Source of the DNA: an uncultured archaeon
GTDB taxonomy: Archaea > Asgardarchaeota > Lokiarchaeia > Sigyniarchaeales > SOKP01
NCBI GenBank assembly: GCA_964598265.1
Contig: CAZRBD010000001.1
Location: 1,590 to 65,589, forward strand
Length of the DNA: 64,000 nucleotides
Direction of reading: 5' to 3'
The notes below the pieces were generated by a model. It did no database searches and was not told the DNA's origin. It saw only the letters and a list, made by a program, of their open reading frames with translations. Every line of letters begins with the position of its first letter. Within the stretch, counting starts at the first letter, position 1. Made by a program: the position numbers and the translations under genes. Shown piece after piece: positions 19,293 through 28,198 of this stretch.

Positions 19293-21392
19293 ATGGATAA
19301 AATAATGGCGATAAATCCTCCAATTGTAGATTTGAACTCAATGGAAGCATTAATTGATGAGTTAAAGAATGCTACTGGGATGAAACTTGATCATTACCAA
19401 AGAAATTTCTTAGAAAAGCGAATTAATTTCAGAATGGAGCATTTAGGTATTGAAAATTACATAGATTATATTAATCTTATCCATTCGAGTCCTGTAGAGC
19501 GAGATTTGTTCCTAGATAAATTTACTATAAACTATACCTATTTTTTTAGAAATCTTACAGTTTTTCAGAATTTTGAGAAATTTATCCAATTTTATGTTAG
19601 GAAATTAGAAAAATCTAAAAAAATCATAAGAATTTGGTCGGCACCTTGTGCCACAGGTGATGAACCTTACTCTTTAGCAATGATATTGGATAATATTAAA
19701 AAAAAAAAAAAGATTTTTCCAGACTTTAAAATCTATGCCTCTGATATTGATACAAATGCTATTAAATTAGCCGTTGATGGTGAATATGGAGAATATGCTG
19801 TACATGAATTACCCGAACATTATTTAACAACTTACTTTACAAAAACAATTACTGAACTAGGACCTAAATACAAGATCAATGATCAGATTAAAAATAAAGT
19901 AGAATTCATTCAAGAAGATATTTTAAAAGGCTCTCATGTAAGTCAAAAGTATGATGTCATATTTTGTAGGAATTTTTTTATATATATTAACCAAAATGCT
20001 CGGGATCTTTTCTTAAAAATTATCGAAAACAGACTATATAATGGTGGTTTATTATGCATTGGTGGATCAGAAACATTAGCTCGTAAATATCATCATTTTA
20101 CTAGTGTTAACTTAAAAGATAGGTTCTATATTAAAGGTTATTTTGATAAAAATGAATCTTATAGAAATGGGATTGCTAAACTCTTAGGAGCTAAGAGAAT
20201 TACTAAAAAACACTCACCTTCAAGAAAAATTAAAAAACTTCTTAAAACAGAAAAGACGCGTGAAAAACCAAAAAGAGAAACGAAATTAATTGATGATATC
20301 AAGGAAATATTTGAAAGAAAAGAAATCAAGGAGGAAGTCCATGACATTCAAGGCAAAGAAAGAACGGAAGTTAAATTCACTAAAATTGTAGTAAATAATG
20401 GAACATTAGACGATAATATAAAACACACAACAGAGCCTTTAATAGTACCTACAGAAGAAGGGAAAACTTTATCATTAGAACATAGAGGAAAATCGTTAAA
20501 ACGTAGGGAATTATTACTACAGCAAAAAGAATTACATCTCGATGAGAAAATTAAATACATCGTTACTCAATCAAAATTCTTAGAAGGAGAAAGAGAGAAA
20601 ATTGATGAGCTCTCAGAAATTTTAAATAAAAAAGAAGAGGAAATAATTAACCGTACATTAGTTTTAGAACGTATTACAAGACAAACGGAACTAAAAGAAA
20701 GAAATGTGGCTCAAAGAGAGACTCAACTTGAAAAACGATTAAATTTAATAGAACAATACTCTAGACAAATGGTCGAACAAGAAAGACGTTTTTCTAATGA
20801 TTCTCGTAAATTTGCAGAGAATAATTCTAACGAAGATGAAATTAACTCCTTTGAGGAAAAAAGGATAGATCGAATTAAAACTCCGAACGAAAAAAACGAA
20901 TTAAATATTCCAAAAGGGTACTACAGCCTTATTAATTCCTTTGATAAAAATGAAAGATCTACTAAATTGACAATAAATGGATTAGGTTCGGGAATTGCCT
21001 TAGTTTTTAAAGATGCAATTAATAATATATTTGCCATGTCTCATATAACATTACCATCCTCAAGAGCTTCCAAACAGGGATATCATCTACTCTTTCCACA
21101 TACATTTGTAGATACATCAGTTCAAGATTTATATAATAACGTAATTTACAATGGAGGAAATAGGTCTAGTATCAAAGCTTTCATAGTTGGTGGTGCAAAA
21201 CTATTTTTAGACTATGATATGACTTATCAGGAGAATATTGATGCTATAAGAGAAGAATTAGCAGTACTTCAAATTGAGATTGAAGGCGAAGATATTGGAG
21301 GTTTAAGTGAAAGATCAATCAAATATGATACTATAAATGACGTTTTTTATGTAAAAAAAACCTGGGAATTTGAATATAGAAAAATAAAATAA
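19293..21392 (+). CDS. Fusion protein: CheR-type SAM methyltransferase, ~300-aa charged coiled coil, CheD-like domain
   Basis: CheR motifs 'IRIWSAPCATGDEPYSLAMIL' and 'IFCRNFFIYI'. CheD-like tail 'INGLGSGIALVF..IFAMSHITLP..AFIVGGAKLF..IEGEDIGGLSERS'. Confidence 0.7.
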   Translation: MDKIMAINPPIVDLNSMEALIDELKNATGMKLDHYQRNFLEKRINFRMEHLGIENYIDYINLIHSSPVERDLFLDKFTINYTYFFRNLTVFQNFEKFIQFYVRKLEKSKKIIRIWSAPCATGDEPYSLAMILDNIKKKKKIFPDFKIYASDIDTNAIKLAVDGEYGEYAVHELPEHYLTTYFTKTITELGPKYKINDQIKNKVEFIQEDILKGSHVSQKYDVIFCRNFFIYINQNARDLFLKIIENRLYNGGLLCIGGSETLARKYHHFTSVNLKDRFYIKGYFDKNESYRNGIAKLLGAKRITKKHSPSRKIKKLLKTEKTREKPKRETKLIDDIKEIFERKEIKEEVHDIQGKERTEVKFTKIVVNNGTLDDNIKHTTEPLIVPTEEGKTLSLEHRGKSLKRRELLLQQKELHLDEKIKYIVTQSKFLEGEREKIDELSEILNKKEEEIINRTLVLERITRQTELKERNVAQRETQLEKRLNLIEQYSRQMVEQERRFSNDSRKFAENNSNEDEINSFEEKRIDRIKTPNEKNELNIPKGYYSLINSFDKNERSTKLTINGLGSGIALVFKDAINNIFAMSHITLPSSRASKQGYHLLFPHTFVDTSVQDLYNNVIYNGGNRSSIKAFIVGGAKLFLDYDMTYQENIDAIREELAVLQIEIEGEDIGGLSERSIKYDTINDVFYVKKTWEFEYRKIK

Positions 21393-21403
21393 TATTAAAC
21401 GAT

Positions 21404-22351
21404 TTATTGATACCTAAATATATCAAAAACCCAAGCCCTCCCTCCTGCATTAGTAATTGCGTTTGCTACTTCTTTTTGTTTTCCAGGTGCAATCGCAACT
21501 ATACAACCACCTCCACCAGCCCCCATTTGTTTAGCACCTAAAGCACCTGCATCTTTAGCTGCTTCACATAATTTTATTATTTTCCGGGTATCGGCTTGGA
21601 ATACTCTCTCTTGTTCTTGTTGTTTATCCATTAGCTCACCTAGTTTTTTAAAATCTTTTTTTACCAGCGCTTCTTTAGCTTGATACACACATTTTTCTAT
21701 AACTTTGAAAGCATTTAATGTGATCCTATCTTTCTCTTGAATTTGCCTCATCACTCTATTTAAAATTATAGATGATTTTCTCTCCTCCATAGAATCTCCA
21801 ACTACTACTGGTAACTCTTTTATGTTTAATCGTTCTACTCGTGGTACCTCACCGGTGTGGATGAATATAACACCTCCATAAGTTATAGTGTACTGATCTA
21901 ACCTCCCGCACTGAATACCAAGATCATGATTCTCCCCTAAATAAGCTAATTCAGCAATATCGAAATTAGAAAGCTTTAACTTGAAAATATAATCTAATGC
22001 TTTTATGAAACCTACTGATATCGCTGCAGAGGATGATAACCCTGCTCCAATTGGTATTTCAGATTGTACATCAATATAAAATCCTTTCTTTACATATTTT
22101 CTTAATCTTTCATACAGAACACTCCAATAAGCTAAATCAATATTTAGTGGAGGTGATTCATCTAGTTTAAATTTAATATGTTCTTTTGTATCATGGCTAT
22201 AAAATTCAATGATGTCATCAGATTTTTCTTTGAAAGTAATCTTCATCATTAAATTAATTGCCATTCCTATTACAGGCTTGCCCAACAGGTCAACTTTATC
22301 ACCCATTAAACAAATTCGACCTGGAATTTCTAAAGAAATATTTGAATTCAA
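21404..22351 (-). CDS. GHMP-family sugar kinase (galactokinase-like)
   Basis: 'PGRICLMGDKVDLLG', 'PIGAGLSSSAAISVG' (motif 2), 'GIQCGRLDQY' and 'GAGGGGC' (motif 3). Confidence 0.8.
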   Translation of the reverse strand: MNSNISLEIPGRICLMGDKVDLLGKPVIGMAINLMMKITFKEKSDDIIEFYSHDTKEHIKFKLDESPPLNIDLAYWSVLYERLRKYVKKGFYIDVQSEIPIGAGLSSSAAISVGFIKALDYIFKLKLSNFDIAELAYLGENHDLGIQCGRLDQYTITYGGVIFIHTGEVPRVERLNIKELPVVVGDSMEERKSSIILNRVMRQIQEKDRITLNAFKVIEKCVYQAKEALVKKDFKKLGELMDKQQEQERVFQADTRKIIKLCEAAKDAGALGAKQMGAGGGGCIVAIAPGKQKEVANAITNAGGRAWVFDIFRYQ

Positions 22352-22400
22352 GATATTTAAAAAAAGGATATTAAATGTTTTAGGAAAATATTAATAGTTT

Positions 22401-22706
22401 TTATTTTAATTTTCTCTTTTGTTGGAGTTTTTTTCTTCTATGCTCAGAATCTTGAATTTTTTCTTCTAAATCCTGCAATTCCTTCTCATTTTTGCCTACA
22501 AATTTGAATTGCCCGTAAATTTTGCTTTCTTCTTTTTCTCCAGTTTTTGAGATCTTTTCAAATGATAATTTAATAGATGCGTCTTGATTTAATGCTAAGT
22601 TTATGAAATTTATAAAACCAATATGTTTTCTTGGTGCAATATTGAATTTTATAATCACTTCTTTTTTTTTATTGGTCGTTGTTTTTAGAATTAAACGCAA
22701 TTTCAA
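22401..22706 (-). CDS. Hypothetical small basic protein
   Basis: 101-aa ORF with no motif. Confidence 0.4.
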   Translation of the reverse strand: MKLRLILKTTTNKKKEVIIKFNIAPRKHIGFINFINLALNQDASIKLSFEKISKTGEKEESKIYGQFKFVGKNEKELQDLEEKIQDSEHRRKKLQQKRKLK

Positions 22707-22840
22707 TTATCTTCAATCTCGTTATTGTTCTATTAGATTTTTATAGTATGTTAGAGAAAACTAAATATTTAAAATAATGAAAATAAAAAAATGTTGTGTA
22801 ATATAAATTATTAAAAATATATATTGAGAAATTTGTATCA

Positions 22841-23473
22841 ATGCCCTCCAAATTTCGAGTAAGAAATATTTTCAAAAAGAAGATTGTAAAAGTAGTATCT
22901 AAAGGTTTAATAAAGATTGGAATAACTCCGAATTTAGCCACAATAATAATGCTTTGTTTTTCGATATTAAGCTTTGTCTTAATCTGGCCTATTAAAAATC
23001 TTCTTCTTTTTTCTATTTTTGTATTTATTACAGCACTTTTAGACGGGTGCGATGGCACTATCGCTCGAATGACTAACAGATCAAGCTCTTTTGGGGGATT
23101 TTTTGATTCGGTTATGGATAGAATATCAGAATTTTTTATATTTTTAGGATTACTATTATTTAATTGGAATCGTCTTCTCTGGAACTTTTTGGATGTAAAA
23201 CTAATAGTTTACATATCTTTTTTAGCATCTCTAATGATAAGTTATTCTAGAACAAGGGCAGAGTGTTTTTTCTCAGGAGACTTTGATGTTGGTCTTATGG
23301 GTCGTTCAGAGAGATTATTTTATATATTTATAACAATGATATTCGCCCATTTCTATGGTTATGTTGATATCTTCTTGTTTGTTTTTATGGTGCTTTTGCT
23401 AGCTAACCTAATTTTTAGGATAATCGAAATTTATAACCAAATAAAGAGCCAAGCTAATAACATTGAGAGGTAG
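22841..23473 (+). CDS. CDP-alcohol phosphatidyltransferase family (archaetidyl-serine/inositol-phosphate synthase-like)
   Basis: Exact motif D-x2-DG-x2-AR-x8-G-x3-D-x3-D in 'DGCDGTIARMTNRSSSFGGFFDSVMD', plus TM helices. Confidence 0.85.
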   Translation: MPSKFRVRNIFKKKIVKVVSKGLIKIGITPNLATIIMLCFSILSFVLIWPIKNLLLFSIFVFITALLDGCDGTIARMTNRSSSFGGFFDSVMDRISEFFIFLGLLLFNWNRLLWNFLDVKLIVYISFLASLMISYSRTRAECFFSGDFDVGLMGRSERLFYIFITMIFAHFYGYVDIFLFVFMVLLLANLIFRIIEIYNQIKSQANNIER

Positions 23474-23491
23474 TTTAAAAAGAAATTAGTG

Positions 23492-24229
23492 TTAAATTAA
23501 TTCAACTCTAACTCGATCCCCATCTTTTAATTTTAACTTGTCTCTCAAATAAGGTTCAGCTAATACCTCAACGATATTTTTTTTGTGGTGTGTCCTGTCA
23601 ATTTTCAATATTGCAGATTTAATTTTCTTTTCCTGAGAATCTAAACGGGATATCAAACAATCATAACAGTCAACTGATCCATAAGTACGCCCTTCTGCTT
23701 TAAACCCGTCAATCTTAACTGGGATTTGGTTTTTTAAGCTTTCTTCTAATAATTTTTTATTTAAATCACTAAATTGAAGGTTTAATGTTCCAAAATAAGG
23801 TTTAAATCCTAGTTTAACTTGAAACTGCTTATAATAATTCTGATTTCTCACGTAGTAGCCACCTTCTCCCATTCCTTCAGATACTTCTCCGACAATCAGA
23901 ATATCTTGGAGGATTTGTTTAAGATTTTTGTACATTGCAAGCATCACATCAGCACCTTCTTTAGTAATTCTTATTATTTGTTCTTTTCCTGTTATCTTTC
24001 TTTCTATCCACCCAATTTCTTCCAAATTAGTAATTCTTCTTGAAGCTGTTTGTTGAGATAAATTAAGAACCTTCCCGAACTCAACACTGCTAGTATGGAT
24101 TGCTTTTTTACTACCTATCGTTTTTGAGAGAAAATAAAGTGCAAACCAATTTGCATAATTTTCAGGTGAAATTTTAATCTTTTCTGATGTGGAATCTTTT
24201 TCATTTAAGATGTTTTTCATAATGTTCAA
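23492..24229 (-). CDS. ribK: wHTH regulator fused to CTP-dependent archaeal riboflavin kinase (RbkR type)
   Basis: N-terminal wHTH ('LSQQTASRRITNLEEIGWIER'). C-terminal 'PYFGTLNL' beta-barrel riboflavin kinase signature. Confidence 0.75.
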   Translation of the reverse strand: MNIMKNILNEKDSTSEKIKISPENYANWFALYFLSKTIGSKKAIHTSSVEFGKVLNLSQQTASRRITNLEEIGWIERKITGKEQIIRITKEGADVMLAMYKNLKQILQDILIVGEVSEGMGEGGYYVRNQNYYKQFQVKLGFKPYFGTLNLQFSDLNKKLLEESLKNQIPVKIDGFKAEGRTYGSVDCYDCLISRLDSQEKKIKSAILKIDRTHHKKNIVEVLAEPYLRDKLKLKDGDRVRVELI

Positions 24230-24656
24230 TAATTTCTTTTTTTATTAGACTAGAGGAATGTAACTTATATTTATCATAATATGTTTCTATTCTTTTGATA
24301 ATAATATTATTTAATCCTCTCTTTTCCAATCCATTTTTAAGAATGTCTATGTCATATTTTTGGTCTGGTCCTAAAACTATGATATCAGGATTAATTTCTT
24401 CAACCGTTTTTAGTGTATCGTTATCAGATCTTCCCAATCTAGCTTCTTTTACATTTTTTATACTTTTTATTACCTCCAATCTTTGATCTTGTGAGACAAT
24501 TGGAGAGTCTCCGGAATAAATTTTCCTATTCCTATCAGTTGCTACTACAACGTAAACATCTCCTAATTTCGATGCTTCATTGATAAGATATATATGACCC
24601 GCGTGAAGTAAATCAAAACATCCAGCAATAAGTACTCGTTTCTTAGTTTCGTGCAT
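24201..24656 (-). CDS. ribL: Archaeal FAD synthetase (cytidylyltransferase-fold FMN adenylyltransferase)
   Basis: 'AGCFDLLHAGH' nucleotidyltransferase motif, ~150 aa, overlapping the downstream ribK. Confidence 0.7.
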   Translation of the reverse strand: MHETKKRVLIAGCFDLLHAGHIYLINEASKLGDVYVVVATDRNRKIYSGDSPIVSQDQRLEVIKSIKNVKEARLGRSDNDTLKTVEEINPDIIVLGPDQKYDIDILKNGLEKRGLNNIIIKRIETYYDKYKLHSSSLIKKEIIEHYEKHLK

Positions 24657-24738
24657 TGTTCTCCCAATTTCGTGAAATTTTTATTTTTTTATTCTGTTAT
24701 ATGTGATTTGTCGAATTTTGTTCTTTAAGATGGCTTAA

Positions 24739-25350
24739 TCAAAATTTATCAGGTAAACAACTCTTTAGATCATTCATTTGAATAGCTAGTGATACATCTC
24801 CCCGAGTTTTTTCTATAATATTCCTCGCAACATCTATTTTATGCCGCAAATCTTGAGTTAGTCCAGATGGGTAGTCTAAAGAAAACAAATGTGTATAAAT
24901 TTCATCCATTGACTCTAAAATATCATTTAAATCTTCAACTTGAGAATTCCTCATACTATCTAAAGCAAAACGCCTTAACTCACCTACAACGTCTGCCAAG
25001 CCTAAAATGTAATTTATGGGGTTAATCTTTAAATCAGAAGGGGTTGGAAGTGCTTCTTTATTTACAATGGAATAAAATATTACTGATTCTGTAAATTCTT
25101 GTTCAGGAGTTTTCAAATATTTGAAGAATAATCCGGGATTTCGATTAACACATTCAACGAGTTGTTTATGAACTTTCTTTACGTTATCTATTTTTTCTTG
25201 ATATATAATAAACTCTTTTCTATGAATATGCTTAATAGAGATACTACAATCACGAACAATCTTTCGGGATAATCTTAAGATTTCTTCCCTATCATGATAT
25301 AATATTTCTAAATTTTTTGAAATTTCAGTAAAAGTATTTTTAAGATTCAT
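24739..25350 (-). CDS. Translin-family protein
   Basis: 'GLADVVGELRR' motif typical of translin/TRAX, in a ~200-aa helical protein. Confidence 0.6.
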   Translation of the reverse strand: MNLKNTFTEISKNLEILYHDREEILRLSRKIVRDCSISIKHIHRKEFIIYQEKIDNVKKVHKQLVECVNRNPGLFFKYLKTPEQEFTESVIFYSIVNKEALPTPSDLKINPINYILGLADVVGELRRFALDSMRNSQVEDLNDILESMDEIYTHLFSLDYPSGLTQDLRHKIDVARNIIEKTRGDVSLAIQMNDLKSCLPDKF

Positions 25351-25473
25351 AATTTGAAGTATAGTTTAGTATTAGTTAATTTGAATTTTGAATATAGTTA
25401 TGTATTAAAATTTGGAAAAATATTTAGAATTTATCATAACGATTGATTAACAAATTAAAAAAAAGATATTACA

Positions 25474-27339
25474 ATGAAAATTCTTTTAATTCACTCACAG
25501 GATGTAGAAGTTGTTAAAAATAAAGAAGCTACGAGTAATCCCCAAGAATTTAAAGATGATGTAATAAAATTGAAAGGTTTAATACTCGTCTGTTTTGTTT
25601 CCGTTGAAGATCAAGATACTTATGATACAGATTTAATTGCCAAACAAGGGGCTGAGGTAATTGAAGATGCAATACTTCAAATAACAAATTTCCCCGAAAG
25701 AGTAAGTGAGAAGAATGAAGAAATTAGAGATCATAATAAGAAGATCGAAGAAGGAAAGATTAAAGGTAAACAGAGGAAGCTTGTTGAATTAATCAAAGAC
25801 AGGAGCATATACCACGTTGACAAAATACTCGTTTATCCGTGGGCTCATTTAAGTAAATTTCTAAGTAATGAGTCAAATGCAATGGAAGTGTGCCCAAAAA
25901 TTGCAAATTTATTAGAAAAAAAAGGTATTGAAGCAAGATTTTCTCCTTTTGGTTGGTATAAGTCCTTTAAAATTAACTGTATAGGTCATGAAGTAGCTGA
26001 GATGTTTAGAGATGTAAAGTTGGGTATTAAACCAAAGGAACAAGTGAAAAACTCAGTCTTTAAAGTAATAACGCCTCAAGGGAAAGAGTTAAATATAAAA
26101 TGGGATGAAAATAAAAATATATTACCTCTGGAAGGTATACAAGACGAAAACTTCTTAGCCCTGTTGAAATCAGAATTGGGATCACGAAAGGTAGACAAGA
26201 ATATAGAACCTGCCCATATAAAAGTGATGAAAGAGTTTGAGCTTCTAGATTTTGATCCAAATTCCGATAAAGGCATTCTTCGTTGGTATACCAAGGGAAT
26301 GATAATGAAAAATCTTATCAAAAATTTCATAGAAGATAGAGTAATAGATTTTGGAGCTATACTTATTGAAACTCCAATTATGTACACTGTAAAAAATAAG
26401 AAATTAACTGCCCAAACTGCTCGATTTCCGGCACGGAGTTATTGGCTTGAATCCGGCAAAAACAGATTTCTGTTGAGATACGCAAGCGATTTTCTTCTAT
26501 TTGATTTATTTTCTCAAATGAGTTTAAAACCACAATATTTTCCTTTACGAGTTTATGAATTTGAGCAGTATGATTTTCGAAGAGAACAAGAAGGGGAATT
26601 ATCGGGATTAAGGAGGTTGCGTGGATTTATAATGCCCGATCTTCATACTCTCTGTAAAGATTTAGAATCTTCAATTGATGAATTTAAAAAGCAGTATAAA
26701 TTAATTAGGAGCCTAGAGGATGATTTAGGGATAAAGAGTTATTCTATTTTTAGAGCTACACAAAAATTTTATGAGGAAAATAGAGATTGGATTATTGATT
26801 TAATTAAAACTGAAAATCATCCTGCATTATTAGAATTATGGGAAGATAGATATTATTACTATGTTTTGAAATTTGAAAGAAATGTACTTTCTGCTCAAAA
26901 CAAGAGTGCTACACTAGCAACTAATCAAATTGATGTTGAAAGCTCCTTAGAATTCATGGTTGATAATGAAGGCAAGAAGAGGCAAAAGTACAATATTTCC
27001 TTTGTAGATACTGACGGTCAAATAAAATATCCTATTATTCTTCATAATTCTCCTACGGGGGGTTTAGAAAGAATAATATGGGGGTTAATCGAGTCAGCAG
27101 TTCGTAATAGAGAAAAATTGGTTCCGGGATTTAAAACATGGTTAAGTCCAATCCAAGTACGGATTATCACTATATCTGATGATCAAAATGAGTATGCTGA
27201 AAGATTATTAAATATTGTTAATGGAGAAGAATTCAGGGCAGATTGGGATGATCGTACAGAAACGGTTGGAAAGAAGATAAGACAAGCAGAAATAGAGAGG
27301 AAATCCTATACAATTATCATAGGAAAGGAAAAATTGTAA
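25474..27339 (+). CDS. thrS: Threonyl-tRNA synthetase, archaeal form with N-terminal editing domain; body up to the first in-frame stop
   Basis: 'MKILLIHS..' archaeal editing domain, a class II core ('FRREQEGELSGLRRLRGF', 'HNSPTGGLERI'), and the start of the anticodon-binding domain. Confidence 0.85.
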   Translation: MKILLIHSQDVEVVKNKEATSNPQEFKDDVIKLKGLILVCFVSVEDQDTYDTDLIAKQGAEVIEDAILQITNFPERVSEKNEEIRDHNKKIEEGKIKGKQRKLVELIKDRSIYHVDKILVYPWAHLSKFLSNESNAMEVCPKIANLLEKKGIEARFSPFGWYKSFKINCIGHEVAEMFRDVKLGIKPKEQVKNSVFKVITPQGKELNIKWDENKNILPLEGIQDENFLALLKSELGSRKVDKNIEPAHIKVMKEFELLDFDPNSDKGILRWYTKGMIMKNLIKNFIEDRVIDFGAILIETPIMYTVKNKKLTAQTARFPARSYWLESGKNRFLLRYASDFLLFDLFSQMSLKPQYFPLRVYEFEQYDFRREQEGELSGLRRLRGFIMPDLHTLCKDLESSIDEFKKQYKLIRSLEDDLGIKSYSIFRATQKFYEENRDWIIDLIKTENHPALLELWEDRYYYYVLKFERNVLSAQNKSATLATNQIDVESSLEFMVDNEGKKRQKYNISFVDTDGQIKYPIILHNSPTGGLERIIWGLIESAVRNREKLVPGFKTWLSPIQVRIITISDDQNEYAERLLNIVNGEEFRADWDDRTETVGKKIRQAEIERKSYTIIIGKEKL

Positions 27340-27354
27340 AATCAAACGATCTAG

Positions 27355-27534
27355 ATTAGAAAAAGAATGATTGATAAACCTATTGGATCAAAGAAACAGA
27401 CAGCTAAACAGAACAATGATGTAAATTTAGAAAAGTTATTTGAAATGTTAGAAGAAGACACAAGAAACTTTCCAAAATATAAATTACCAATCCCCTTTAG
27501 AAAATTCTCGACAAAAATTTACTTTCGAAGATGA
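27355..27534 (+). other. thrS: In-frame continuation of thrS after TAA (27337) and TAG (27352): conserved ThrRS C-terminal tail
   Basis: Same frame as thrS. It reads 'IRKRMIDKPIGS...LEKLFEMLEEDTRNFPKYKLPIPFRKFSTKIYFRR' and ends at TGA 27532-27534. Confidence 0.6.
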
Positions 27535-27556
27535 TTTTAATAATTTACTTGATTGT

Positions 27557-28180
27557 ATGAAAATAAAAGCTATCATATTTGATTTAGGTGGGGTTGTGGT
27601 TGATCTCGATTTTTCAAATTTCATTAATAAGATTATTTCTCAATCACCTCTTAATAAACCCCAAACATCTATTATGTTAGAATTTTTTAGACAATCTAAT
27701 ATTTATCATCAAGGAAAAATGAGTAATGCAGAATTTTATCATCTAGCATGTGATGTTCTTCAAGTATGTTCATTAGATCAAGCAGAATTTTTTACCGCCT
27801 TTAACAGCATTATTTCAGGTTTTAATCCCAAAATAACTGAACTAATAAAAAATTTGCGATTAACTAATCAATATAAATTAATAGCTTTGTCAAATATAAA
27901 CTCCAGTCATTGGGAATACTTGTTGGCTAAAAATTGGGGATTTATCGAATACTTTGATGAATTCGTTTTATCTCATGAAATTCATTTAGTTAAACCACAA
28001 CCGAAAATTTTCGAATATGTGATTCAAAAAGCAGGTTGTGATCCCAAAGAAATTGTATTTATAGATGATGGACTAAAGAATATACGCTCAGCCCAAAATT
28101 TTGGAATAAGAGTGATTAAGTTTACTAATTTTGAGGATCTTATTGAAGAATTTAAAAAGTTAGAGATTTTAAAAGAATAA
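27557..28180 (+). CDS. HAD-superfamily hydrolase (subfamily IA)
   Basis: 'IIFDLGGVVVD', 'LSN', 'KPQPKIF' and 'FIDDG' HAD motifs. Confidence 0.8.
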   Translation: MKIKAIIFDLGGVVVDLDFSNFINKIISQSPLNKPQTSIMLEFFRQSNIYHQGKMSNAEFYHLACDVLQVCSLDQAEFFTAFNSIISGFNPKITELIKNLRLTNQYKLIALSNINSSHWEYLLAKNWGFIEYFDEFVLSHEIHLVKPQPKIFEYVIQKAGCDPKEIVFIDDGLKNIRSAQNFGIRVIKFTNFEDLIEEFKKLEILKE

Positions 28181-28198
28181 TATTAATACGTTTTTTCT

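Noticed and set aside
19698-19711. A14 tracts in coding sequence (19698-19711 in the CheR region; 43751-43764 on the other strand) as phase-variation switches.
   Set aside because: Poly-Lys runs encoded by poly-A are frequent throughout this window, and both genes are in frame. Nothing distinguishes these tracts from the general AT-rich codon bias.
17956-22351. The idea that the 18285..21392 block split a single GHMP kinase gene into 21404..22351 and 17956..18159.
   Set aside because: The 315-aa kinase already has its own complete motif-3 C-terminus, and the 67-aa stub is a diverged second copy. The stub must derive from a separate paralog.
22741-23058. 105-aa minus-strand ORF overlapping the start of the CDP-alcohol phosphatidyltransferase.
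   Set aside because: It has no motif and overlaps a gene with an exact family signature. It is probably spurious.
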